DNA from: Mobula hypostoma
Taxonomy: Eukaryota
Assembly (NCBI RefSeq): GCF_963921235.1
Contig: NC_086129.1
Span: 31,806,001 to 31,870,000, forward strand
Length of the DNA: 64,000 nucleotides
Direction: 5' to 3'
Shown here in pieces: positions 46,515-58,857 of this stretch. The position numbers and the translations under genes were made by a program. Each line of letters opens with the position of its first letter. The stretch's first letter is position 1. The notes beneath the pieces are model-generated. The model saw nothing but the letters and a program-made list of their open reading frames with translations, did not search any database and was not told where the DNA came from.

Positions 46515-47985
46515 ATCTACGGGAATGTCTACGGGAATGGTACTGGAGGATTGGTGGGAGGCGAATGTTGTCCCCTTGTTCAAAAAAGGTAGTAGGGATA
46601 TTCCGGGTAATTATAGACCAGTGAGCCTTACGTCTGTGGTGGGAAAGCTGTTGGAAAAGATTCTTAGAGATAGGATCTCTGGGCATTTAGAGAATCATGG
46701 TCTGATCAGGGACAGTCAGCATGGCTTTGTGAACGGCAGATCGTGTCTAACAAGCCTGATAGAGTTCTTTGAGGAGGTGACCAGGCATATAGTTAAGGGC
46801 AGTGCAGTGGATGTGATCTATATGGATTTTAGTAAGGCATTTGACAAGGTTCCACACGGTAGGCTTATTCAGAAAGTCAGAAGGCATGGGATTCAGGGAA
46901 GTTTGGCCAGGTAGATTCAGAATTGGCTTGCCTGCAGAAGGCAGAGGGTCGTGGTGGAGGGAGTACATTCGGATTGGAGGGTTGTGACTAGTGGTGTCCC
47001 ACAAGGATCGGTTCTGGGACCTCTACTTTTCGTGATTTTTATTAATGACCTGGATGTGGGGGTAGAAGGGTGGGTTGGCAAGTTTGCAGACGACACAAAG
47101 GTTGGTGGTGTTGTAGATAGTGTAGGGGATTGTCGAAGATTGCAGAGAGACATTGATAGGATGCAGAAGTGGGCTGAGAAGTGGCAGATGGAGTTCAACC
47201 CGGAGAAGTGTGAGGTGGTACACTTTGGAAGGACAAACTCCAAGGCAGAGTACAAAGCAAATGGCAGGATATTTGGTAGTGTGGAGGAGCAGAGGGATCT
47301 GGGGGTACATGTCTACGGATCCCTGAAAGTTGCCTCACAGGTGGATAGGGTAGTTAAGAAAGCTTATGGGGTGTTAGCTTTCATAAGCCGAGGGATAGTG
47401 TTTAAGAGTCGCAATGTAATGATGCAGCTCCATAAAACTCTGGTTCGGCCGCACTTGGAGTATTGTGTCCAGTTCTGGTCGCCTCACTATAGGAAGGATG
47501 TGGAAGCATTGGAAAGGGTACAGAGGAGATTTACCAGGATGCTGCCTGGTTTAGAGAGTATGGATTATGATCAGAGATTAAGGGAGCTAGGGCTTTACTC
47601 TTTGGAGAGAAGGAGGATGAGAGGAGACATGATAGAGGTGTACAAGATATTAAGAGGAATAGATAGAGTGGACAGCCAGTGCCTCTTCCCCAGGGCACCA
47701 CTGCTCAATACAAGAGGACATGGCTTTAAGGTAAGGGGTGGGAAGTTCAAGGGGGATATTAGAGGAAGATTTTTTACTCAGAGAGTGGTTGGTGCGTGGA
47801 ATGCACTGCCTGAGTCAGTGGTGGAGGCAGATACACTAGTGAAATTTAAGAGACTACTAGATGGGTATATGGAGGAATTTAAGGTGGGAGGTTATATGGG
47901 AGGCAGTGTTTGAGGGTCGGAACAACATTGTGGGCCGAAGGGCCTGTACTGTGCTGTACTATTCTATATTCTATGTTCTCTATCC
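46515..47985 (+). mobile_element. CR1 LINE, 5'-truncated RT (one in-frame stop between 46525-46914 and 46951-47913)
   Basis: NYRPVSLTSVVGK, GVPQGSVLGP, KFADDTK; (TATTC)n-like tail. Confidence 0.92.
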
Positions 47986-48213
47986 TGGCTACCTCCTCCA
48001 GTCATTGCTCTGCTCTTCCTGCTCCTACAATACTTTCCCATGGTCCTTTGCAATCTCTATCGCATTTGAGCATGGGTTTATATGTTATCAAACCTCTCCC
48101 ATTTAGGAGCTGCTGGGACCAAGCTTGGTGCCGGATCCAGATTCCATGTGCTTATGCTCTATGAATTAATAAAGCAGAAAAAAATAGACTTTGGGTGGTA
48201 TAATGGTACTTAC

Positions 48214-48534
48214 TTTTCCAAGCGGATATCACATATATTGCCAGAGGATATTCTTTTGAACCAAATGCATTGAATGCTCTGCAAATGTACTTTCCACTGT
48301 AGAAATCATCAGTATTCTCGTTTAGTAAAACTGAGTTGCCTACTCCATTGGCTAATTGTATCCTTTCAGTATGCGCCCCTGATTTCATCCAGATGACTGT
48401 GGATACTGGATTACTGTCCGCGGTGCATTTTAGTTCAAGATATGATTGGGGTTCAATGTAGATAATGTCCTCGAGCAGTGGCTGGAAGTGATCCAAAATA
48501 GAATTTCTGTAATATATGACTGGTTGTGGACCAT
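48214..48534 (-). CDS. IgSF receptor exon: C2/I-set domain
   Basis: Acceptor after a pyrimidine tract (ttttttcccttttccattgttctggttgAG), donor GTaagt, 321 nt, phase 1-1. Splicing gives an LNVNYGP linker; motifs LKCTADSNP, VIW, DDFYSGKYICRAFNAFG. Confidence 0.9.
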
Positions 48535-49614
48535 CTCAACCAGAACAATGGAAAAGGGAAAAAATGTGAGTTACAAAGGCCGTTTCAACAAAACCTTACA
48601 GAATTGCATATGGCGAGTTAGAGACAGAATATAACTGACAGGAAATTGAAGCAGCAACTTCTGATACATTTTTAACTTAGATGTTTATCCAAGGGACAAA
48701 ATTGAAAAGAAAAGATTGCTCTGGGCAATTGTATTTCATAATTGCAATTATGAACGTAGAGATTTATAAAATGGAATTCAATTTACTAATATGTACTCCA
48801 AAAAAAAAACCCACCAAGAATCTTTTCCCTTGAGAGCAGAGAACAGCAGTTTGATTTAATATCTGTGTTTTCTTCCTCTCTTACTGTAGTGATATCTCTC
48901 TTGATCACCTTGTATGATAAGTTATATACAAAGTCATACATGTTAATATATTCAATTATCTAGAGACACTTCAAATTAGTAAATCTTTATATATATATAT
49001 ATAAAGATTTACCAATATATTTAAATGGGAAATAGTTCAATGAATCAGGTTCTATATGGTAGTTTTACAAGATTTCCTTTCAGAAACACATCTAATACAC
49101 TTGCTCAATATCCCTACCAAAATTCTTTTCATTTTATTTACACTCAAACTTCAGAAATAGTCCACTATAACCCCATTGTGTTTTTGTCTCATTTTTAACC
49201 TGTTATTATAAGTAGATTTTGTAGATTCAGAAGCAATATTTTGATTTATAATAATGAATTATATTATAAAATCTTGCAACTTGAGTTCATTTGGCCAGTT
49301 GAACCAGTGCTGCCACTTTGAAAGAGAAATACATTGTGGTCCCGGTTTCTGGTTATTAGCTGCAAGTTAGTCCATCCACATATTAATTACCATTTTTAAA
49401 AGTTCTTCTGTTTTATTTTATTGTCAAAACACTCCCTGTCTTAACAAGCTTAACTACTTATTTTAAAACTGTGGCATTTAACTCCATGACCAGATCATAT
49501 CTTATAATGTAGAAAGGGACCATTGGATTGATTTGGTCCATCTCATTCCCCCTCTCCTTACTTCCAAGTAGCCCTGAAGCAATCTGGGCTTTATACTTCT
49601 TAAAGAAAAATATC

Positions 49615-51030
49615 TTTAATGCTGTAGGCTTTATAAAGCACGATTGAGGCCTCACTTGGAGTATTGTGAGCAGTTTTGGGCCTCTTTTCTTAGAAAGGAT
49701 GTGCTGAAACTTGGCGAAGGTTCAAAGGAGGTTCACAAGAATGATTCCAGGATTGAATAGCTTGTCACATGAAGAGTGTTTGATGGCTTTGGGCCTGTAT
49801 TGACTGGATTTCAGAAGAATGAGGGGGGACCTCATTGAAGCCTATTGAATGGTGAAAGGCCTTGATAGAGTGGATGTGGAGAGGATGTTTCCTATCGTGG
49901 GAGAGTCTAAGACCAGAGGATACAGCCTCAGAAGAATAGAGGGGTGTCCTTTCAGAATGGAGATGAGGAAGAATTTCTTTAGCCAGAGGGTGGTGAACCT
50001 GTGGAATTCTTTGCCACAGGCAACTGTGGAAGCTAAGTCTTCATGTATATTTAAGGCAAGGGTTGATAGATTCTTGAAAAATGGATCAACCATGATGAAA
50101 TGGTGGAGCAAACTTGATGGGCCAAATGGCCTAATTCTGCTCCTTTATCTTATGGTCCTATGGTCTATGGTTAAGTCTATCCTAAATATCATCATGCCTG
50201 TTCCTACATTGTGTTTCTTACTTTTACTTTTTATGACACAAAACTGTTTTGTGAAAGTTCCTTACTCATCTAGGCAAAGAAACTTTTATTGAGAAAAAAA
50301 GATTAACAATGTAATGCAAGCATTGCACCTTAGTAGGGCAAATGCAAGAAGACAGCACACTGTTATGGGCAAGATCCTTAACCGTGTTGCGGAGCAGAGA
50401 GATTTTGGGATCCAAGTTCATATCTCCATGAAAGTGGCTACCCAGTTTGATAGATAGGATGATTAAGAAGGCTGATGGAATGCTTGCTTTTATGAGTCGA
50501 AGCAATGAGTTCAAAAATCAAGGGTTATATTGCAACATTATAGAACTCGGGTTAGGACACATCTGGAGAATTGCATACTGTTCAGTTTGCCCCATTATAG
50601 GAAGGATGTTGAGGCTTTGGAGAGGGTGCAGAAGAGGTTTACCAGGATGCTGCCTGGTTTAGAGGACATGTGCTATCATAAGAGGCTGGACAAACTTGGG
50701 GTATTTTCTTTAGAGTGGTGAAGGCTGAGGAGAGATCTGATAGAGCTTTATAAGATTATGAGAAGCATAGATAGAGTGCATAGGGAGTATCTTTTTCCCA
50801 GGGTTAAAACTTCCAATACCAGAGGGCATGCATTGAAGGTGAGAGAAATGAGGTTCAAAGGGAATGTGCGGAGAGTAATGGATGCCTGGAACGCGCTGCC
50901 TGGCATGATGGTAGAGACAAATACATTAGATGCTTTTAAGAGACGTTTAGATATGCACATGAATGTGAAAAAGATGGAGGGATATGGACATTGTGTAGGT
51001 AGGAGCAGTTAGTCATTGAGGGTTATTGAT
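49615..51030 (+). mobile_element. Two tandem CR1 3' fragments (about 49615-50165 and 50290-51030)
   Basis: VVNLWNSLPQ and ALERVQKRFTRMLPGL motifs. Confidence 0.8.
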
Positions 51031-51194
51031 TTTTTTTTGAGAATTCAAGGTGAAAGGACAGTTTGCTAAATTGACATTACCTACTAATTTAAAAAGTGAA
51101 ATGATATATTTAGCACCCAACTTACCTCAGTTAGAAATACTGTATGTTATATCATTTCATACTATGATTAAAACCATAAATTGAACATACTTAC

Positions 51195-51521
51195 AATTGA
51201 CATTAAGTGTTATATTTTTTATGATCCATTGTTTGCTTGTTGTATGAAGAACCTGACAAGTACGGATTGTCTTGTGGTCTTGCGAGGTGGGAGTAAAATT
51301 CATTTGACTGGTGGCATTAAATGTACCATTGAAGTTCTTGAGAGGGGAGAGTCTTGTTGTAACTTTAACATCTGCTTCTGAAGCCTGAGCATTGTGGATA
51401 TGCAGCCATTTCATTGAGATGTTCTGAGGATAAAATCCCCAAGCATGGCAATACAAAGCGGACGGCTTCTCTGCTATTAATTCTTCATGAGTAATTAAAA
51501 TTTCTGGTGGAGATTCTGGAA
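51195..51521 (-). CDS. IgSF receptor exon: C1-set domain
   Basis: Acceptor gtttattacAG, donor GTaagt, 327 nt, phase 1-1. Motifs LYCHAWGFYPQNISMKW, NGTFNATSQM and CQVLH are the C1-set signature; ends NITLNVN. Confidence 0.92.
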
Positions 51522-52204
51522 CTGTAATAAACAATGCAAGATAAAAATATATTGTTCTTTAGTGCTAAATAAAACTTAGTTTATATCACATTTCTATTTC
51601 AATAAGTGTGAATCATAAATATAATCTTAGCTGATGACAGGACCTGTGCAAGCAGACTTACATAGAACACTTTCCCATGAGTATTATAGTTGCTAATTTG
51701 GAAGAATTTGTCAAATTTTGCATGACCCAATATTATTTTCAGTATTGCCAGTGGATTTGATTTCCTTAAATCCAGATTCAGTTCATATGCGTCACCTTCA
51801 ATTGTGTCATGGAATTCTGTTCTTGTGATGGATGTGCATTTATCTGGATTATCTATTTATATTCAGTGCTTCCTTTTGATTTATATCCCTGTTTTGCGAT
51901 GCCAGCAGAATGCTTAAAAAGAGTTTAAAAGGAACAACGCAAACAGTGAGTGAAAGCAGGCAGTTGATTTAAACTAATGGCTGGAAAATAAAAAATGTTG
52001 CTTGCAGATTACCAAAACTGTGAGAAATCCGGTAGGATTTTAAGTATCGTCTTTTTATTAGTTGAATTAACATAGTCTTTTGAGGCATTAGGGCACCTTA
52101 AATGAGTGGAATGCATATTGTGCACCGTGTAAGAATCCCAGGGTGCATCCTGTATCCTGGGCAGTAAAAGCATTAGGAAATGATAGTTGGAGAAGCTCAC
52201 ACTC

Positions 52205-53335
52205 CTGGGTTTTGAACTGAAGCTGGTAAGATGGCAGCATACTCGGCCACAGCGGCCTCTCCGAGTCCAAAACAAAGGTGTAATTGTTTGTTCTTTATGT
52301 CTATTTTATGACTGCAAGACACTGCTGGATATTAAGAATATCAAGCACGGCAGGTTTACCCCATCAGCGAGTCACTCAATGGCGGTGAAGCTGGACCTGT
52401 TGTGTCTTTCCATGCTCTTGAGGACAGGCCCGGGCTCCACCTCAACTTTGCCTTGCCTCTACTCGCCTCGACTCTTCCTCAGCTCTGCCTCCCCTCCACT
52501 TGCCTCGACTCTGCCTCGTGCTCACTCACCTCAACTCTGCTGACAGTGGAAGAATTGTACTTGGCAGAAATGGAACAGTTAATGACAATGAGTGCAACAC
52601 CAAATTAATTTCAGTTATGGTTTTCATACCTGATTTGTAATTCTTTACATTAAATGAAAACCAATAAACATTCAGATGCTGGGATTCTGAATTGAAACAG
52701 AAAATGTTGGAAACACTCAGCAGATCAGGAGAATCTGTGGAGAGAGAGACATTAACTCTGACCTGCTGAGTGTTTCTATCTTTTTTGTTTTTTTTTTGTG
52801 ATCCTGGTGGCCTGGAGTTGGGATGCAAGCCCCATGATTAACTCCATTGCTTTTGTCTGAGTGAGGCGTCAAGCAATGTTAAGGGCAATGAGGACAGGAG
52901 CAGAGGATGGGCAGGTGTTCAGCACCATGTGCCTGCACTTGACTAGGCTGCTGTCGGAGGAACTGCAGGAGTCCTGGGGTCTATGTTGCCCAGATTTAGC
53001 GACAAGGCTGTAGACTAATTTTGGGGGACTTTGGGGTTCATGTTGCACGTGTTCCTGGGTTCAGGTTGCTCTTTTTTTGTGTCGTCCTTGAGCAGTTTGA
53101 TCGGGGTGATCAATGCAGAATGGGGCACTTTGGTGAAGAATGACCTTGTGGCCTGCATTAGCTAGCAGGGCAGTGCTGAACTGAACTGTTTTGATATTCT
53201 ATGTGGAGTTCACTCGCTTTTCGCCATTTGCACAACTTCTTTGCACATTGGGTGCTTGATGTTTTCTTGAACGTGTTCCATTCTGTTTCTTTGTTTTATG
53301 GCTGCCTGTGGGAGGACGAATCTCAGAGTTGTGTT
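52205..53335 (+). mobile_element. Composite repeat region: AAGATGGC-headed segment, (CTCGACTCTGC)-like repeats, Penelope fragment and Rex-like tail
   Basis: Pieces resemble other repeats in the window; family not assigned. Confidence 0.4.
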
Positions 53336-53339
53336 CTTT

Positions 53340-54595
53340 ATACTTTATTCTTTATTGTCACCAAACAATTGATACTAGAACGTACAATCATCACAGCGAT
53401 ATTTGATTCTGTGCTTCCCACTCCCTGGATTACAAATCAATAATAAATATTAAAAATTTAAATTATAAATCATGAATAGAAACTAGAAAAATGGAAAGTA
53501 AGGTAGTGCAAAAAAACAAGATGCAGGTCCGGATATTTGGAGGGTACAGCCCAGATCCGGGTCAGGATCCGTTCAGCAGGCTTATCACAGTTGGAAAGAA
53601 GCTGTTCCCAAGTCTGGCGGTACGAGTCTTCAAGCTCCTGAGCCTTCTCCCGGAGGGAAGAGGGACACAAAGTGTGTTGGCTGGGTGGGTCGTGTCTTTG
53701 ATTATCCTGGCAGCACTGCTCTGACAGCGTGTGGTGTGGAGTGAGTCCAAGGACGGAAGATTGGTTTGATTGGTTTGATAGACAGGTAGATAGATAGATA
53801 GATAGATAGATATACTTTATTAATCCCGAGGGAAATTTGGTAATGTGTGATGTGCTGTGCCGTGTTCACGATCTTCTGCAGCTTCTTCCGGTCTTGGACA
53901 GGACAACTTCCATACCAGATTGTGATGCACCCTAGAAGAATGCTTTCTACAGTGTATCTATAAAAATTAGTGAGGGTTTTAGGGGACAGGCCAAATTTCT
54001 TTAGTTTTCTCAGGAAGTAAAGGCACTGGTAGGCCTTCTTGGCAGTGGACTCTGCTTGGTTGGACCAAGTCAGGTCATATGTGATATTGACCAAGGAACT
54101 TAAAGGTTTTGACCTGTTCCACTTGCGCACCACGAATGTAAATTGGGTTGTGCGGTCCACTACTCCTTCTGAACTCAACAACCAATTCCTTCGTCTTGCT
54201 GATGTTGAGGGATAGGTTATTGTCTTCGCACTATGCCACCAGGTTCTTAATTTCCTCTCTGTACTCAAACTCATCATTACCCGAGATATGGCCTACAATT
54301 GTCATCAGCAAACTTATATATTGAGTTCGATGGAAACTTGGCTACACAATCATGGGTGTACAGTGAGTACAGCAGGGGGCTGAGTACACAGCCTTGTGGG
54401 GCACCGGTGCTCAGAGTGATTGTAGAGGAGAGCTTGTCCCCTATTTTTACAGCCTGGGTCCTGTCTGTGAGGAAGTTGAAGATCCAGCTGCAGATCTGAG
54501 TGCTAAGGCCCAGGTTCTGGAGCTTAGGAATCAGTTTATTTGGAATGATGGTATTAAAGGCAGAGCTGTAGTCAATGAAAAGGAGTTCTGTATCC
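53340..54595 (-). mobile_element. Rex/Babar-like RT fragment containing a (GATA)n microsatellite
   Basis: [39 protein letters not shown]. Confidence 0.88.
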
Positions 54596-54799
54596 ATACT
54601 TTGATAATAAATGTATTTTGAATCTTGAATCTATGTAACAACATATCAAAGACACCATTTGGCAAATGTTCTATAAACACCAATATTGATATACCTCTTA
54701 TTGTACTGAATTGAAACATGATTTACTTAATTAGCCAGATTTCCCATTGGATATTTTTGTTATCAGTGCGTGTTTGTGTTTCCGAATGGGATTTGGTAC

Positions 54800-55725
54800 A
54801 TAAATAGAGACATAGAGTAATTTAGCAGGCTATTGAATCTTTATCCTCTCACCTTAAACCCATATTCTCTGGTCTTGATTTCCCAACCTTGGGAAAAAGA
54901 GTGAATGCATTATTAATATTAGTTCCTATCTCATGATTACATGCACATCTACAAGGTCATCTCTAGCCCCTCCTATGCTCCAGGGGAAAAAGTTCTAGCC
55001 TGTCAATCTCTCCCTATGACTCAGTCCCTCATGTCCTGGCAACATCATTGTAAATCTTTTCTACACTCTTTCTAGTTTAATAACATCTTTCCTATAGCAG
55101 AATGAGCAAAACTGAACACGATACTCCACTAGCATCTTGTAAACTTTACCATAACTTCCCAGCGTCCATACCTGTGACTCTGCTTTCAGGAAACCATGTA
55201 CTTGAACATCAAGGTCCCTCTGTTCTACAACACTCACAGATGTTCTACCGTTTACTATGAGAGGCCTACCATGAATTGACTTTCCAAAATGCAACATCTT
55301 ACATTTATCTGAATTAAACTCTATTTGCTGTTTCTTGGCCCACTTATCTTGCTGATCAAGAGCCCCATGCAATTACTATTAACATTTTTCCCTGTCAGTG
55401 ATTCCACTTATTTTCATGCCATCTGAAAATTTACTAACCATGCTTTTTTCCAAATTATTAATATAGATGACAAACTACAATAGGCCCAGCACTGACCACT
55501 GACCCCTGACCCCGATTAGTTACGGGCCTCCAGTGTGAGAAACAACCTTCCATCATTACCCTCGGCTTCCTACCACCACAATCAATTGTGTGATTGTGTG
55601 TCCAATTAGCCAGCTCTTCCTGGATTCCATGTGATCTAATATCCCAGAGTAGTCTGTCATGTAGAACCTTATCAACGGCTTTACTGAAGTCCATACTTCT
55701 AATGCCTTGTCATCATTGACATTCT
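54800..55725 (-). mobile_element. Degenerate CR1
   Basis: MDFSKAVDKVLH and KCKMLHFG motifs. Confidence 0.75.
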
Positions 55726-55739
55726 TGGTCAAGAAAACT

Positions 55740-57440
55740 CCTTGCTGATGATCAACATTGGCACACCTCAGGGATGTGTTCTTAGCCCACTGCTCTGCTC
55801 TCTCTATACTCAAGACTGTGTGTTAAGTATAGCTCAAATGCCATCTATAAATGATACGTCCATTGTTGGCAGACTCAGATGGAGACGAGAGGGCGTACAG
55901 GAACAAGATATACCAGCTAGTTGAGTGGTGTCACAGCAACAACCTTTCACTCAATGTCAATAAGACGAAAGAACTAATTATGGACTTCTGAAAGGGTAGG
56001 ATGAGGGAACATCATTGAGGGATCAGAAGTGGAGAGACTGAGCAATTTCAAGTTCCTGGGTGTCAAGATCTCTGAGGATCTGACATGGTCCCAACATATC
56101 AATGCAAAAAAGGATCTAATGCTTATGTATGTATATGTTGATGCAGCTATAAAGAAGGCAAGACAGCAGCTATATTTCATTAGGACTTTGAGGAGATTTG
56201 GTTTGTCACCTACAACACTTGAAAACTTCTACAGAGGTACCGTGGAGAGCATTCTGACTGTCTGCATCACATGGGAGGTGGTGGGGGGAGGAGGGCTACT
56301 GTCAGGATCAAAAACAGCTACAGAAATCTGTAAAATTGGTCAGCTCCATCTTGGGTACTAGCCTCTGTAGTATCCAAGACATTTTCAGGAGCAGTGCTTT
56401 GGAAAGATGCCATCATTATTAAGGACTCCCATCAGCCAGGACATGCCCTTTTCTCATTGTTACTGTTGGGAAGGAGGTACAGAAGCCTGAAGGCACACAC
56501 TCATCAATTCAGGAACAGCTTTTGCCATCTGATTCCTAAATGGACATTGAACCCATGAACACTACCTAATTTTTAAAATTACTTCTGTTTTTGCACTATC
56601 TTTAATTTAACTATTTAATATACATATATGCACGTACTGTAATTGATTTACTTATTTATTTTTTCTTTCTATATCATCACGTATTGCATTGTACTGCTGC
56701 CATTAAGATAGATTAGATTGTGAGGACACTCAGTCCTCGTTTATTGTCATTTAGAAATGCATGCATTAAAAAATGATACAACGTTCCTCCAGAATGATAT
56801 CACAAGAAAACACAGGACAAACCAAGACTAAAACTGACAAAATCACATAATTATAACATATAGTTACAACAGTGCAAAGCAATACCATAATTTGATAAAG
56901 AGCAGACCACAGGCACGGTAAAAAAAAAGTCTCAAGGTCCCGATAGCCTCATCATTCCACGCAGGCGGCAGAAGGGAGAAACTCTCCCTGCCATGAACCT
57001 CCAAGCGCCGCCAACTTGCCGATGCAGCACCATTGGAAGCACCCGACCGCAGCGGACTCTGAGTCTGTCCGAAAACTTCGAGCCTCCGACCAGCCCCTCC
57101 GACACAGCCTCTCCGAGCACCATCCTCTATCGAGTGCTTTGGCCCCGCCCCTGCTGCCAAGCAACAAGCAAAGCCAAGGACTTGGGTCTTCTCCTCCAGT
57201 GATTCTGGACCACACAGTAGCAGCAGCAGCGAAGCAGGCATTTCAGAAGTTTCACCAGATGTTCCTCCGTGCTCTCACGTCCGTCTCCATCAAATCAGGA
57301 TTGTGCATGGCACCCTACTTGACAAATAACAGACGTCACCACCGGAGTGGTCGCTGTGAGCTGCGTCGCGCCGCCATCTTCTCCAACACCTTCTTAACCA
57401 GTTTTATGACATGTGCCAGTGATATTAAACCTGATTCAGA
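55740..57440 (+). mobile_element. Rex/Babar-like fragment whose tail is split by repeat copy 3
   Basis: [22 protein letters not shown]; tail joins across 56707/57395. Confidence 0.8.
56708..57392 (-). mobile_element. Unclassified AAGATGGC-head/(TAATC)n-tail repeat, copy 3
   Basis: Reverse complement of the family at 20907 and 44730. Confidence 0.8.
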
Positions 57441-57454
57441 CTCATAAGAAATAA

Positions 57455-58000
57455 TCTCCCATACGCAGAGCCATGCTGACTATCCCTAATCAACCCATGT
57501 CTTTCCATATGCATGCATATCTTATCCCTCAGAATTCTCTCCAATAACTTACCAACAATGTCAGAATTACTGGTCTATAGTTCCCTGGTTTTTCTTTGCA
57601 GTCATTCTTAAATAAAGGCACAATATTTGCTTATCCCTAGTCTTCCAGCACCTCACCCACGGCTAAAGACTGTGCAAATATTTCAGCCAAGACCTTCACA
57701 ATTTCTTCTCTAGCATCCCACAGTGTTTTAGGATATAACTTTTAAGACGTCCAGCATCCTCTCTACAGTAATATGGACTATCCTCAAGACACCCCCATTC
57801 ACATCCCTTCTTTCCCATATAGTCATGATACTTTCCATGGCAAAAATAGAGAAGAAATTTTCATTCCTGCCTTTCTCCTAAGTCTTCACACAAGCTGCAC
57901 ATTTTGATCTTTGAGGGGCCCTATTCTGTCTCTATTCTTTGTTTCTCTTAAGGTACATAAAATCTTATTGGATTATCTTTAATCCTGCCAAACCTATCTT
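57455..58000 (-). mobile_element. Degenerate CR1 fragment (RT N-terminal region)
   Basis: Reverse complement resembles the NYRP region of CR1 at 23185-24861. Confidence 0.6.
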
Positions 58001-58039
58001 ATGTCATATTAACTGTAATTAATATGCATACATTTCTAC

Positions 58040-58810
58040 AGATGTACTATGAAGAGTGTTCTGATTAGTTGTATCTGGTATGGATGCTCCAATGCACAGG
58101 ATGAAAAGAGGGTTGTAGACTCAGCCAGCTCCATCATAGGCACCAGCCTCCCCACCATCGAGGGCATCTTCAAAAGCTGGTGCCTCAGAAAGGCAGCATC
58201 CATCATAAAGGACCCTTACCATCCAGAACACATCTTCCTCTCATTATCAGCATCAGAGAAGAGATACAGGAACCTGAAAACACACACTCAACATTTTAAG
58301 CCGGCTGTTTTCCCTCAACCATCAGATTTCTGAACAGTCCATGAACCCACCTCACTATTCCTCTATTGCACTATTTATTTATTTAAAATTTTACTTTAAC
58401 TTATATTATATTATGTGTTGGCATATGGCCAAGTGGTTAAGGCGTTCGTCTAGTGATCTGAAGGTCGCTAGTTCGAGCCTCAGCTGAGGCAGCATGTTGT
58501 GTCCTTGAGCAAGGCACTTAACCACTCCGACGACACCAGTGCCAAGCTGTATCGGCCCTAGTGCCCTTCCCTTGGACAATATTGGTGGCGTGGAGAGGGG
58601 AGACTTGCAGCATGGGCAACTGCTGGTCTTCCATACAACCTTGCCCAGGCCTGTGCCCTGGAAACCTTGCAAGGTGCAAATCCATGGTCTCATGAGACTA
58701 ATGGATGCCTATTTATACTTATTATTTTTGTGTCTTGCACTATACTGCTGCCACAGCACAACAAATTTCACTACATATGTCAGTGATAATAAACCTGATT
58801 CTGATACTGA
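58040..58810 (+). mobile_element. Rex/Babar-like 3' fragment split by a SINE
   Basis: CLRKAASIIKDPYHPEH motif; the tail resumes after the SINE. Confidence 0.75.
58420..58712 (+). mobile_element. tRNA-derived SINE with CORE-like central domain
   Basis: Box A TGGCCAAGTGG, box B AGTTCGAGCC, then GTGTCCTTGAGCAAGGCACTTAACC. Confidence 0.8.
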
Positions 58811-58857
58811 TACACATTGCAGAAACTATACTTGTAGAATGACAAAAAAAAGTTTAC

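Noticed and set aside
58420-58495. tRNA gene
   Set aside because: A and B boxes are present but the acceptor and anticodon stems are degenerate and it continues into a SINE body.
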